Below, piece after piece: positions 26,614 to 35,546 of a stretch of DNA of 64,000 bases; position 1 is the first letter of the stretch; the number at the start of each line of letters is the position of its first letter. The DNA is from a virus. Lineage: Duplodnaviria; Caudoviricetes. Where the stretch lies: IMG/VR virus record IMGVR_UViG_3300032218_002851, positions 25,858 through 89,857 of that record; one strand, 5' to 3'. The position numbers and the translations under genes are program-made. The notes beneath the pieces were generated by a model that had not been told where the DNA came from, did not search any database, and saw nothing but the letters and a program-made list of their open reading frames with translations.

Positions 26614-27729
26614 TTAATTTCCTTGCGTTACGGTTATCTTAGGGCAACCTCCAGTTGTTGCGCAATTGAATTGAATACTATAGAACTGTTGAGTAGATCC
26701 AGATTGAGATAAGCTGAGGTCTACCGGCAATCCACTTAGACTAATGCTGGCCATATGTGAAGCAGAACCTTGTTGAGTGATATCAACATTTTTATTTCCA
26801 CCACTGAGATTTATTTCAGCATAATGACTACCTGAGTCTTTTTGAGTAACTATAAGACTATTATTATCATCGATTACTGTGGCAAATACACCTTTAGCTC
26901 CGCCAGTGCTTTGTTGTAAAAGTGTTGCAGTATTAGTATCACCGGTAATAGTAAGATCTGCATAATTAACTTGTGTACTGTTATTTCCTGATTGTGTTAT
27001 AGATACTATATCGTTACTGCCATTGCCGGAATACTTTGCATAGTTATTTTTAGTTCCAGTTTGTTCCACGGTTACAATATTTTGATTTCCTACTTGTTCA
27101 ACATAGACCTGGCTGTCTTGAGTCGTTCTTCCAACAAATGACATAACCTTATTAACATTTTGTGAACTGGCACTGAATATACTTGCACTGCCTCCGCAGC
27201 ACAAAGCAGGGACAGCGTTATAGTTTGTATCATATAAGAATGCAACTTCTGCTATCTGCATACTGTTAGAAGCATTGTCTTTGATCGTGGGAAAGATAAT
27301 ACGATAATAAAGAAAACTGGTGCTGTTAGTCAATGTATAAACAGAGCTTTCTGCATATCTGCTGTTACTGAGACTGATAGATTGATTAGCTGTCAATGTG
27401 GTCCATGTAGATCCATCATTTGAACCGTAAAGAGTAAAGCTGGTTGGATCTCGGCCTGGACTATCGTTTGCTGTTGTAAACTGCATTCCTTGCACTACTT
27501 CAGCTTGGCTGAGTTGCACAGTAAATCCAGCATTAAATTTGTCAAAGTTTAGATATTTACTGCCAACGTTGCCATCTACTGCATTTGGTGATCTTTCTGA
27601 AGCCGGACTATTTGAGCTAGTTGGTGTCACAGATGTAATAAATGATCTTACATTTGCATAGTTAGGTTCGGTAGCTGATGCATTAATGCAGATAATTAAC
27701 AATAACAATAACATTAACAGTGTTTTCAT
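26614..27729 (-). CDS. secreted discoidin/F5-8-like domain fused to curlin-like repeats
   Basis: Signal peptide; NAVDGN..SKYLNF, FTTANDSPGRDPTSFTLYGSNDG..WT, MQIAEV; C-terminal repeats such as VEQVGNQN, VEQTG..N, ITQSGNN, ITQQG. Confidence 0.7.
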   Translation of the reverse strand: MKTLLMLLLLLIICINASATEPNYANVRSFITSVTPTSSNSPASERSPNAVDGNVGSKYLNFDKFNAGFTVQLSQAEVVQGMQFTTANDSPGRDPTSFTLYGSNDGSTWTTLTANQSISLSNSRYAESSVYTLTNSTSFLYYRIIFPTIKDNASNSMQIAEVAFLYDTNYNAVPALCCGGSASIFSASSQNVNKVMSFVGRTTQDSQVYVEQVGNQNIVTVEQTGTKNNYAKYSGNGSNDIVSITQSGNNSTQVNYADLTITGDTNTATLLQQSTGGAKGVFATVIDDNNSLIVTQKDSGSHYAEINLSGGNKNVDITQQGSASHMASISLSGLPVDLSLSQSGSTQQFYSIQFNCATTGGCPKITVTQGN

Positions 27730-28817
27730 TGTGGTCTTAACACACCTGTATTTTGTTTAATGTTAATTGCGTTACCGCCCGGTCCGCCGTCACCGATGAT
27801 TTTAAATGCAGTGTTATCGTCTTGTGTAATACTTACATATGTGTTTGAACTATATCCAAGTGTCTTTACTTCTGCATAATGTTGAGTTTCAACGATTCGA
27901 TATGCAATTCCTTTTCCTCGTCCTTTAATATCGTTGTTAGGCATTTCCCACGCTACACAGACATTTTTATGTGGGTCGCATGATGGTTCATTAGGTGCTT
28001 GCATACGATTTAGTACCTCTGCTCTTTCGCTATTAGTGTGAGCAGCTTGACTTGCAAAATGTCTGACAAATTCTTCTAGATCTGCTTCAGTTTCCTTATC
28101 TTTATCTTTACCTGCACTGTCATGTCGTGCCTGTGTAATTTCTGGAGGCTGAGATAAGATCAAAAAGTTGTTGATTTTGCCTTCCGTGATATTCAGTATG
28201 CGAGGAGGTGTAGGCACGGTAGTTGGGTTAGCGGCAAACGTACCTTGAAATGCTTGGTCTAGCGTTACCTTACCAGCTAGTGTTTCCACATCTATTTTGC
28301 CTACCTTGCAGGTATTTTCTTCTAGTTCGTATTCTTTCTTTTTCTCACCATCTTTACAACTGGGTAATAACACTATTAGGCTTTGCCCGGCTTCATCAAC
28401 TGTCATTGTAAAGTCAGTGCCACGAACAGCAATGCTTGCAGCAGGTGTTTTTATATTAACTTTTTGCGGATTGTTTTTGGCGATTTGTCCGCTAGCATAA
28501 CGAACCGTTCCCATACCTACTTTTAAGGCTAGTTTTCCAGCATCACTTTGTTTTGGATCAAACACAAAATCGTCAATGAGTAATCTACTATTCTCGTTGA
28601 CTTTCACCTTTGTATCATCTGTAAATGTAATATCGCTTTCACATTTCCCGGTAACATAAGTGTCCATGCTTTCAATGCTGGCACCTTTGTCACCGGGTAG
28701 CTGCGACTTGTCTCTCTCAATTGAACAACTTGATCCTTTAGTTTCAGTAACAGAACCAATAGCACCCCAAGCTGGACCGGATAATAATATCAAGGCCAGT
28801 ATTAGGGTGCGCATCAT
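27726..28817 (-). CDS. FecR-domain protein
   Basis: Signal peptide; ITFTDDTKVKVNENSRLLIDDFVFDP, GTVRYASG, IKTPAASIAVRGTDF. Confidence 0.85.
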   Translation of the reverse strand: MMRTLILALILLSGPAWGAIGSVTETKGSSCSIERDKSQLPGDKGASIESMDTYVTGKCESDITFTDDTKVKVNENSRLLIDDFVFDPKQSDAGKLALKVGMGTVRYASGQIAKNNPQKVNIKTPAASIAVRGTDFTMTVDEAGQSLIVLLPSCKDGEKKKEYELEENTCKVGKIDVETLAGKVTLDQAFQGTFAANPTTVPTPPRILNITEGKINNFLILSQPPEITQARHDSAGKDKDKETEADLEEFVRHFASQAAHTNSERAEVLNRMQAPNEPSCDPHKNVCVAWEMPNNDIKGRGKGIAYRIVETQHYAEVKTLGYSSNTYVSITQDDNTAFKIIGDGGPGGNAINIKQNTGVLRPQ

Positions 28818-29611
28818 TATCTAATCACTGCTGATACAGGGTTAGTAATTAAGGAGTTACTGGTCCTCACAGTGATAGTGTTGTGACTACCAGTTGTATC
28901 AATGTTTACCGTGGTATCATTGAATCCTTGTTGTTGTGTGGTTATGCTGTTGTAGTCACCGGTTGTGTTTAACCACAGTGTATGACCAGTTGCACCAGCC
29001 GAATCAATTTGTTCTGATACAACAACATTATAGTTACCGTGAATCACATCATCGCTAGTGCCATTAGTGCTAAGGAAATTGTTTGTAATTTGATTTCCGT
29101 TGCCAACAGCAGTGATATTATCAGTAATATCGTTGCCGGTGACCTGTTGCAGCACCAAGTTATTGCTGCCAGTTAAAAACTCTGTAAACACGTTCCTGAG
29201 ATTAGTAGGATGGGTTATGTCACCTACACTTAGATGTGTTTGGTTGTTATTGCCGATTACGAGGCTGGTATAGTTGTTGTTACTGCCTAGAATTTTATAC
29301 TGTGCGCTGTTGGTGTCGCCATGTTGTGTCATGGTCAATATGTTATTGCTACCGTTAATAGTGCCGTAGTTTGTTGGACTCGGTACAGTAGGGCTTAGTG
29401 TAGTTAAATTGGTTTGTGTAGCTACACTTAGATTATCATTGGCTACGCCACCGATATTGTTTCCGCCGCCTACTTGTTCAATGGTCAGCAAGTTACTGTT
29501 ACCTATTTGTTCAATATATACGTTATTTGGCCCCGAGCTTCCTGCAGCTGCAACTGCGACTGATAACAGTATACCAGCAAAGATCGCTGTCACTTTAAAT
29601 ATATTTTTCAT
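28817..29611 (-). CDS. curlin-like repeat protein (CsgA/CsgB-like)
   Basis: Signal peptide; N/Q/G/T-rich repeats NNVYIEQIGNSN, TIEQVGGGNN, TQHGDTN, TTGDYNSITTQQQG. Confidence 0.7.
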   Translation of the reverse strand: MKNIFKVTAIFAGILLSVAVAAAGSSGPNNVYIEQIGNSNLLTIEQVGGGNNIGGVANDNLSVATQTNLTTLSPTVPSPTNYGTINGSNNILTMTQHGDTNSAQYKILGSNNNYTSLVIGNNNQTHLSVGDITHPTNLRNVFTEFLTGSNNLVLQQVTGNDITDNITAVGNGNQITNNFLSTNGTSDDVIHGNYNVVVSEQIDSAGATGHTLWLNTTGDYNSITTQQQGFNDTTVNIDTTGSHNTITVRTSNSLITNPVSAVIR

Positions 29612-29634
29612 TTTATCCTGGCTCCTTTTTTATT

Positions 29635-30477
29635 CTAATTATTTTTGTTTTCTTTATAAGACCAATGTCCTTTACGGGCACCTTCTTTTATAGTTTCAAT
29701 CACTGCTGCTTGTATAGCAATGTCTGTTGCTTTATTAATACTTTCATTAATACTGCCGCCTGCTTCGCCTTCAAATGCACTGGTATCTGCACCTATGGGC
29801 AATTTTCCATCGTCCACAAATCTTAATACCGTTAACTTATCCAAATAACTTAGAACAGTTTTTGTAATTGTAACTGTAGTCAATATTTCTCCTGATGCCA
29901 CTGACACTGCGCGAAGAGAAACAGTTACAGTATCGCTTTGATATTGCGTATTACCCCCAATACCAAAAACCCTAGCACCAATACCTCCTGTGGCAGTATT
30001 AGAATCATAACCTACAATACTGCCTTCCATTATAACACCAGCAAAAATCATAGGAGGCAAAGGTTTAGCGTCCTTGCCGTTATATTGTTCACGCATCTGG
30101 CGTATCATCTGTCTTTCTTTAATCAAATTATCTAGGCCCACACGTTCTACTACAGTAAACCAACGTGCATTTCCCACATCCTGCAATGCTTTTATCAAGA
30201 ATGTTTCAGCGCCTTGCGTAACTGCTGAACTTAAGCTGGCAACATTAGGCAACGATTTACGCTGTCCAGTGCGATCTTGGAAACTGTAGACCGCTACAGG
30301 TATTGGTCCATCTAACGGTGCAGGCAGTGTGGCCGATTTTTTTTTCAAGTAGCTCGATTGCTCAGCTACTGGTTCGTCAAACTGTTTGCCTGTTGCCTTT
30401 TCCCTCAGTGTGCTAGTCGTCGCGCAGCCACCAAGGAGGAATGGCAACATAACCAATCCTAATATGATTCTTCTCAT
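29635..30477 (-). CDS. csgG: curli secretion channel lipoprotein CsgG
   Basis: Lipobox LGGC; VAVYSFQDRTGQRK, LSSAVTQGA, WFTVVERVGLDNLIKERQMIR, EGSIVGYDSN. Confidence 0.9.
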   Translation of the reverse strand: MRRIILGLVMLPFLLGGCATTSTLREKATGKQFDEPVAEQSSYLKKKSATLPAPLDGPIPVAVYSFQDRTGQRKSLPNVASLSSAVTQGAETFLIKALQDVGNARWFTVVERVGLDNLIKERQMIRQMREQYNGKDAKPLPPMIFAGVIMEGSIVGYDSNTATGGIGARVFGIGGNTQYQSDTVTVSLRAVSVASGEILTTVTITKTVLSYLDKLTVLRFVDDGKLPIGADTSAFEGEAGGSINESINKATDIAIQAAVIETIKEGARKGHWSYKENKNN

Positions 30478-30486
30478 TCATCGCTC

Positions 30487-30990
30487 CTAGAATCCAAAAG
30501 ATCCTACTGGCACAGTCATATTCGTATACTGGCTAGGATCTATGTTGTTAACCACACTGATCACGATATTTTTATTGTCGCTACTTAATGACCAAGTTAT
30601 GGTATTTCCACCTACATCTAACGTACCCGTCGGACAAGTTGTAACTCCACCGGCACTAGTGCAACTCAATCCACCAGAAGAGCCAAACAAACTATCAGTA
30701 ATCTGCTTACTGAGCTGGGCATAAATTCTTGACTGGAGATTGGTCACAAATTGAGCTTGTGGAGTATTAGCAGCAGCATTTTCAGCTGCTGATTTTAGTG
30801 CGTCTGCGGCCGCTGTATTCTTTTCACGCTGTTGATCTTCTAGTTGTTTGAGCGTGAGAACATAGCTACCATATCCGCTGCCGTTAAACGACGGACTACT
30901 AAATTGGTACTGAAGCTCTGCTCCCTCCGAGGTGAAAGGTACACCCAGGAGGAAGCTAGAAATCAGCAGAGTTATTTTTATTTTTTTCAT
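30487..30990 (-). CDS. csgF: curli assembly protein CsgF
   Basis: Signal peptide; AELQYQFSSPSFNG, FVTNLQSRIYAQLSKQI; adjacent to csgG. Confidence 0.8.
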   Translation of the reverse strand: MKKIKITLLISSFLLGVPFTSEGAELQYQFSSPSFNGSGYGSYVLTLKQLEDQQREKNTAAADALKSAAENAAANTPQAQFVTNLQSRIYAQLSKQITDSLFGSSGGLSCTSAGGVTTCPTGTLDVGGNTITWSLSSDNKNIVISVVNNIDPSQYTNMTVPVGSFGF

Positions 30991-30992
30991 TA

Positions 30993-31025
30993 CTCTAGCT
31001 CCCTTAATATTTAAGGGAGCTAGAG
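30993..31025 (-). promoter_or_regulatory. 15-bp hairpin that pairs the csgF RBS and contains a TAAATA late-promoter motif
   Basis: Arms CTCTAGCTCCCTTAA / TTAAGGGAGCTAGAG; TAAATA at 31008-31013. Confidence 0.7.
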
Positions 31026-31067
31026 CGATAGATATATAGGTGTGTTATTTATTTGGAAATTAGAATT

Positions 31068-31595
31068 TTATTTAATTCCAAGGTCTCGATAAATCTTCTG
31101 TACAGCTTTAGCTTGACTGATACAATCAGCTAATGCGTTATGCAGATCTTCAGATAATTTATCACGAGGATCTCCGTGTACTCCAAATAAAGTTCGACTA
31201 TCACGAATTTGCCAGTAATTCCATGGTGTAGGCCAACCATATTGATTGTACAGATTCTCTAGAATCATAATATCAAAAACTGCACCTTGTGCCCAGATAA
31301 TATCTACGCCTACTAAAAACTTATTGAGTTGACGATATGTATCTTCTAGACTGTTGCGACCTTCATCACTGAAAGCCTCGATACGACTGGAATCACTTTG
31401 CTTAAGCCACCAAGACATTGTAGTTTCAGATGCATCTCGACCGTCAGCTAGTTGTTGATCTACATCAGGTCTAAGATAGATTCCTGGTCCTGGTTCTCGG
31501 AGAGAATAAGGATCAAATTTTACTGCACCAACAGTAAGTACTACTGCATTGGGTTTGGTACTGAGAGTTTCAATATCTAACATGCAAGTAATCAT
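31068..31595 (-). CDS. DEDDh 3'-5' exonuclease (DexA/Rv2179c-like)
   Basis: MLDIETL, WAQGAVFD, RDSRT, HNALADC motifs. Confidence 0.85.
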   Translation of the reverse strand: MITCMLDIETLSTKPNAVVLTVGAVKFDPYSLREPGPGIYLRPDVDQQLADGRDASETTMSWWLKQSDSSRIEAFSDEGRNSLEDTYRQLNKFLVGVDIIWAQGAVFDIMILENLYNQYGWPTPWNYWQIRDSRTLFGVHGDPRDKLSEDLHNALADCISQAKAVQKIYRDLGIK

Positions 31596-31605
31596 ATATT
31601 ACTCC

Positions 31606-32073
31606 TTATCGAAGAATTTTAGATTCGGAGGCAACTACTCGTTTACGTAGATTACTACTGGAAAATGAATGATCTCGACCGTTGAATATCAGTTGAATTC
31701 CTCGTTTTTGACATTCTTCCCTGCCAGTAAAATCTTTATCTTGATATTCTGTACCTAGTATACGCACATCTACAGGTAAAATCAATAATAGATCTGTCAA
31801 ATCTTGTTCAGTTTGATAAACTACAATTTCATCCACGAAGCGTGTAGCACTAAGCTGTATTTGTCGTTCTACTATACTTTGAATAGGATAATTTTTAGTG
31901 TCCGGTCTATCGATTGTAGGATCAGTTTGTAACGCAGCAATAAGGTAATCGCAATGATTTTTAGCTTCTGATAGCATGGCTATGTGTCCGGCATGAAGTA
32001 AATCGAAGCAAGAAAATGTGATGCCAATCTTTAGGCCTTGTTCTTTAAGTTGTTTTACTTTATTGAATATCAT
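31606..32073 (-). CDS. cytidylyltransferase (TagD/glycerol-3-phosphate CTase-like)
   Basis: GITFSCFDLLHAGH (HxGH), ERQIQL, FVDEI, SSSNLR. Confidence 0.85.
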   Translation of the reverse strand: MIFNKVKQLKEQGLKIGITFSCFDLLHAGHIAMLSEAKNHCDYLIAALQTDPTIDRPDTKNYPIQSIVERQIQLSATRFVDEIVVYQTEQDLTDLLLILPVDVRILGTEYQDKDFTGREECQKRGIQLIFNGRDHSFSSSNLRKRVVASESKILR

Positions 32074-32390
32074 TCTTGTTCTATCTTGATCTGCAAAGGG
32101 AAACCATGATTTCTAGCTAATAATGTTGCTTCTACGCCTTTTTGTTCAGCAATTTCATACGGCAAAGTAGCAACCACTGCAGAATTTTCTTCATGAATTC
32201 GCATGGTCAACTCTTCAGCTATTTCTTGAGAATGATTGAATATACCAGTCAATGTCTCTATTACAAAATCCATTGTAGTCACACTGTCATTCAAATAAAT
32301 CACATTGTAACTTTTGGGAGATGATAGATCTGTATTTGGTGTAATTCGAGGACGAACTTCTGTCTTATCTTTAATTTTAGCTTCTGACAT
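32070..32390 (-). CDS. clpS: ATP-dependent Clp protease adaptor ClpS
   Basis: YNVIYLNDSVTTMDFVIETL, IHEENSAVV, EIAEQK, FPLQIKIE. Confidence 0.9.
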   Translation of the reverse strand: MSEAKIKDKTEVRPRITPNTDLSSPKSYNVIYLNDSVTTMDFVIETLTGIFNHSQEIAEELTMRIHEENSAVVATLPYEIAEQKGVEATLLARNHGFPLQIKIEQE

Positions 32391-32408
32391 ATAATACCTA
32401 TAGTTTGA

Positions 32409-32435
32409 TGTGGAGGCAGATTATCTGCCTCCACA
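32409..32435 (-). terminator. stable hairpin between hsp20 and clpS (terminator or processing stem)
   Basis: TGTGGAGGCAGA / TCTGCCTCCACA 12-bp inverted repeat; weak U tract. Confidence 0.5.
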
Positions 32436-32445
32436 ATTATGAACA

Positions 32446-32889
32446 TCACTTGGTATAAGTGATAGCGATCTTACGAGGTTTCTTCTCGTCGGGAAGCACA
32501 TGTTCTACAGCAATCGAGAGGATACCATTTTTTACCACTGCGCCACGAACTTCATGGTCTGGACCAAGAGTAAAGACTCGTTCCCAATCTCGTGCACTAA
32601 TGCCACGATGTAGATACTCAGCAGCAGAGTCTGGCTCAGCTTTTTTTCCAGTTACCGTCAATCGCTGATCATTCAAAGACACATCCAATTCGTTTTCAGC
32701 AAATCCTGCAACTGCTACTTCCACAAGGAAATGAGTCTCGTCTAGTTTACTGATGTTATACGGAGGATATGTGCCAGCATTTCGGCTATTAGAAAATGTA
32801 CGATTAATTTCATCAAACACTCGATCAAAGCCGATTACATGACGGTGAAGAGTAGGTAGGTCTAGGGTTTTAAATTCAAATTGTGTCAT
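32446..32889 (-). CDS. hsp20: small heat shock protein Hsp20 (IbpA-like)
   Basis: IGFDRVFD, YPPYNI, VEVAVAGF, EYLHRGISARDW, NGILSI. Confidence 0.92.
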   Translation of the reverse strand: MTQFEFKTLDLPTLHRHVIGFDRVFDEINRTFSNSRNAGTYPPYNISKLDETHFLVEVAVAGFAENELDVSLNDQRLTVTGKKAEPDSAAEYLHRGISARDWERVFTLGPDHEVRGAVVKNGILSIAVEHVLPDEKKPRKIAITYTK

Positions 32890-32960
32890 CTTTATTCTCC
32901 TTTCATTTTAAGCAAGAATGACTTGTAGACCCCAATCGGGCATCTACGTTATTATTTATA
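32890..32960 (-). promoter_or_regulatory. full T4-type late promoter TATAAATA followed by a ROSE-like 5' UTR
   Basis: TATAAATA at 32953-32960; 5' hairpin GTAGATGCCC-GATT-GGGGTCTAC; then UCUUGCU able to pair with the AGGAGA RBS. TAAATA also precedes genes at 799, 5732, 18294, 22905, 33498, 38134, 38687, 48582, 50764, 51830, 52817, 58657, 62539. Confidence 0.6.
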
Positions 32961-32972
32961 CACGAATAATTC

Positions 32973-33251
32973 TTACGTTTCAATCTTTTTGGGTATATCG
33001 CGGGCTAACTCTAATAAAATTTTGTATTGTTCCCAAGCAGCACGAACACCGAGATTTTGTGCACGAATTTCTCTATCTACTTTATATTCTTCGTAGACCT
33101 GTTCTTTTTCAAGTAATTCGATCCAATAATGATTGTCAGATGTATTAACTGTAATTGTACCAGTATTAGTCATTGATCCGTTCATATGTATATAATCTGG
33201 CGTCAACGAAATTGTATAGTTTGGATCAACGTCAAAATCGTACATAGACAT
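32973..33251 (-). CDS. hypothetical protein
   Basis: ORF track; TAATG coupling with rpsU. Confidence 0.65.
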   Translation of the reverse strand: MSMYDFDVDPNYTISLTPDYIHMNGSMTNTGTITVNTSDNHYWIELLEKEQVYEEYKVDREIRAQNLGVRAAWEQYKILLELARDIPKKIET

Positions 33252-33490
33252 TAGTAGTTTTTCTTTGGTAGAGTTTGCTGTTCTACTTGTTTCTGCCAGC
33301 GACGCTTGGCTTGATTTTTAGCTTTACGACGAGCTGTAGTGGGTTTTTCATAAAACTCTCGCTCACGTAATTCCTGCAGTATACCGCTTTCCATGACTTT
33401 TTTCTTAAATTTGCGTAGTGCCTTTTCAAATTGTCCATTGATAACTGGAACTACTTTACCCTTGAGATTTGATTTGTTAAATGTTGACAT
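33251..33490 (-). CDS. rpsU: 30S ribosomal protein S21
   Basis: [34 protein letters not shown]. Confidence 0.92.
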   Translation of the reverse strand: MSTFNKSNLKGKVVPVINGQFEKALRKFKKKVMESGILQELREREFYEKPTTARRKAKNQAKRRWQKQVEQQTLPKKNY

Positions 33491-33523
33491 AGTACTGTAT
33501 TTAGTTAATAAAGTTGGGTTATA

Positions 33524-35221
33524 TTAAAATTCTGTGTTTTTATTTATTGATTGAATGTTTTGTAGTTCAAGTTCATTGAGGTCATCTAGACTATATTCAC
33601 CTGAGCTAATCTTTTCTGCTAAAAAATTGATGTACTGCTCATTATAACTATACGCATCAGTACTGTTCTTGTTGACTTCAATCCATTTTACACTATTCCA
33701 TTTGAATAGTCTGCTAGGCTTAAAGTCTACTCGCATACACATGTCGCCACGCTTTGGATTAGCTGGAAATACTAGTCCAAAATCTACGCTTGGTTTTTCC
33801 AAGGGCAAAATGACAGTGGGTTCTGCAAGTGGTTCAACTATCGACATAGATTCAACTACTGATTCAGGTTCGATCTGCATCTCAGAATTGTTAACCCGAT
33901 TTGACTGTAACTCTAGTTCAATAGCCAATGAATCTGCTCGAACCATTTCGTGACTGTGCGCAGCAAATAATAAATCTCGTTCTTCCAATAAGCGTGAGTT
34001 TTCAAGTAAAAGATTTTTAACCTGTTCTGCTAGATTGTCTGAACGTGCTGCATACCAAACCTCAGTATCAACTTCTAAGCGAGTTTCTACGAGTTGCTCT
34101 TCAAGTTTATCTATCTTTTCTTGTAGCTTTAGATTACGACTCAGGGAAATATTGTGTTGTTCTTCCAATTGCTGGTAATCATTTCCAAGACTGGATAAAA
34201 TATTTTCAGTTGCTTCGATTTTTTCACGCTGTGCATCAAGCTCAGCTAATAATTCTAAATTATCTTGAATTGATTGATCAGTGTCTCCAGATTCTGATTC
34301 ATTTTGCTGCTCAGATTCAGATTGCTGTACAGGTTCAGATTTTATGTACATAGGGGGCACACCATATGCATTTCCATCTAGGCCAGCTAGATACAAATTA
34401 TTTGCATCATCATTTGATTTTTCTTCTGGAACGGTTAATATTGTATCAGATTTTTCTTTCTTTTCAGATTTAGTCAATTCGATTTGCTTGATACCGGCCA
34501 AGATCAAAATGATAGCCAGTGGATCAAATACAATAACAATTAAGATAATAACCCAACGTACTGCATGTTCTAGTACGTTAGTGTCAGGATTGTCGCTGTA
34601 TATAAGTGCGGCAATATATTTAATTGGTCCAACATCAGCTTCTACTTTTCGTACCTCCGCTGCAAGTGGCGCACGTTCTTCGCTAAGGGCAGAAATAGTT
34701 TTCTGTTCAGCCGCAAGCTCGGATTGAAGGCGGACACGTTCTTTTTGCTGTCCTCTACGTATAGCAATGGCTTTGTCAGCACCTTTTTCATCACTGCTTC
34801 GACCCATAACTTGGTCCACAGCTTCATCCATCTGTTTAAGCGCCCGACGATTTGCATCAATATTAGCCTTTGAGATTTTAATCTTTTCGTCGAATATGGC
34901 GACCCGAGCCATTGCGTCTCCTGACACAAGACTCTGATCACCGTGTGCTTTGCTTAGGAAACCAAAGATACCCATACTAGTCAGTAGCATGAGAAATACA
35001 ATAGCAGGAACTAGGTACAGTTTGAATGCTACTCCCGCTCGCTTCCAGTTGTTATGGAGCCAAACAGTTGCAACGATCTTGCCTGCTTCCAGTGCGCCTC
35101 CCATGATCATCACGGGGATCACAGCGGCTGCAAAAATGGCAGCAAGCCCGGCGATTGAGTACCAGGCCGCGATAGACGAAATGATTACTGCAATGATTAG
35201 TATTAGATATCCAAATAGCAT
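33524..35221 (-). CDS. multi-TM membrane protein with long coiled coil
   Basis: Three N-terminal TM helices, coiled coil, a further TM (VIVFDPLA), acidic region, C-terminal FPANPKRGD...FKWNSVKWIEV domain. Confidence 0.75.
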   Translation of the reverse strand: MLFGYLILIIAVIISSIAAWYSIAGLAAIFAAAVIPVMIMGGALEAGKIVATVWLHNNWKRAGVAFKLYLVPAIVFLMLLTSMGIFGFLSKAHGDQSLVSGDAMARVAIFDEKIKISKANIDANRRALKQMDEAVDQVMGRSSDEKGADKAIAIRRGQQKERVRLQSELAAEQKTISALSEERAPLAAEVRKVEADVGPIKYIAALIYSDNPDTNVLEHAVRWVIILIVIVFDPLAIILILAGIKQIELTKSEKKEKSDTILTVPEEKSNDDANNLYLAGLDGNAYGVPPMYIKSEPVQQSESEQQNESESGDTDQSIQDNLELLAELDAQREKIEATENILSSLGNDYQQLEEQHNISLSRNLKLQEKIDKLEEQLVETRLEVDTEVWYAARSDNLAEQVKNLLLENSRLLEERDLLFAAHSHEMVRADSLAIELELQSNRVNNSEMQIEPESVVESMSIVEPLAEPTVILPLEKPSVDFGLVFPANPKRGDMCMRVDFKPSRLFKWNSVKWIEVNKNSTDAYSYNEQYINFLAEKISSGEYSLDDLNELELQNIQSINKNTEF

Positions 35222-35288
35222 GATTGTATTTACCCTAGGTTTACTGGGACAGTTTACAATAGCGTCTGGACGATGTCAAGCGTTTTGG

Positions 35289-35546
35289 TTAAGCTTCTTC
35301 AAGATAGTATCCGCAGCCGGGATATACTTGTCTTTGTAGGTTTTCCACTGTGGGGTAAATTTTACAACCGCTGAATCTGGTTTCGTATATCTTGCATTTC
35401 AATGCAACCGTATCCAGATATTCGCAGGGTTCTACTGTGTAGTTGCCTTGTGAATCAAATACTCGAACTTGGCAACATCCAGCACCACATCGACCGGAAT
35501 CACAAGAGCCTTGGACCACAGGGTTGATCCAAATGACTTCCATCAC
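35289..35546 (-). CDS. YkgJ-like Cys-cluster (CxxxCxxCC-type) protein
   Basis: CDSGRCGAGCC...CEYLD...CKIYETRFSGCKIYP. Confidence 0.65.
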   Translation of the reverse strand: MMEVIWINPVVQGSCDSGRCGAGCCQVRVFDSQGNYTVEPCEYLDTVALKCKIYETRFSGCKIYPTVENLQRQVYPGCGYYLEEA

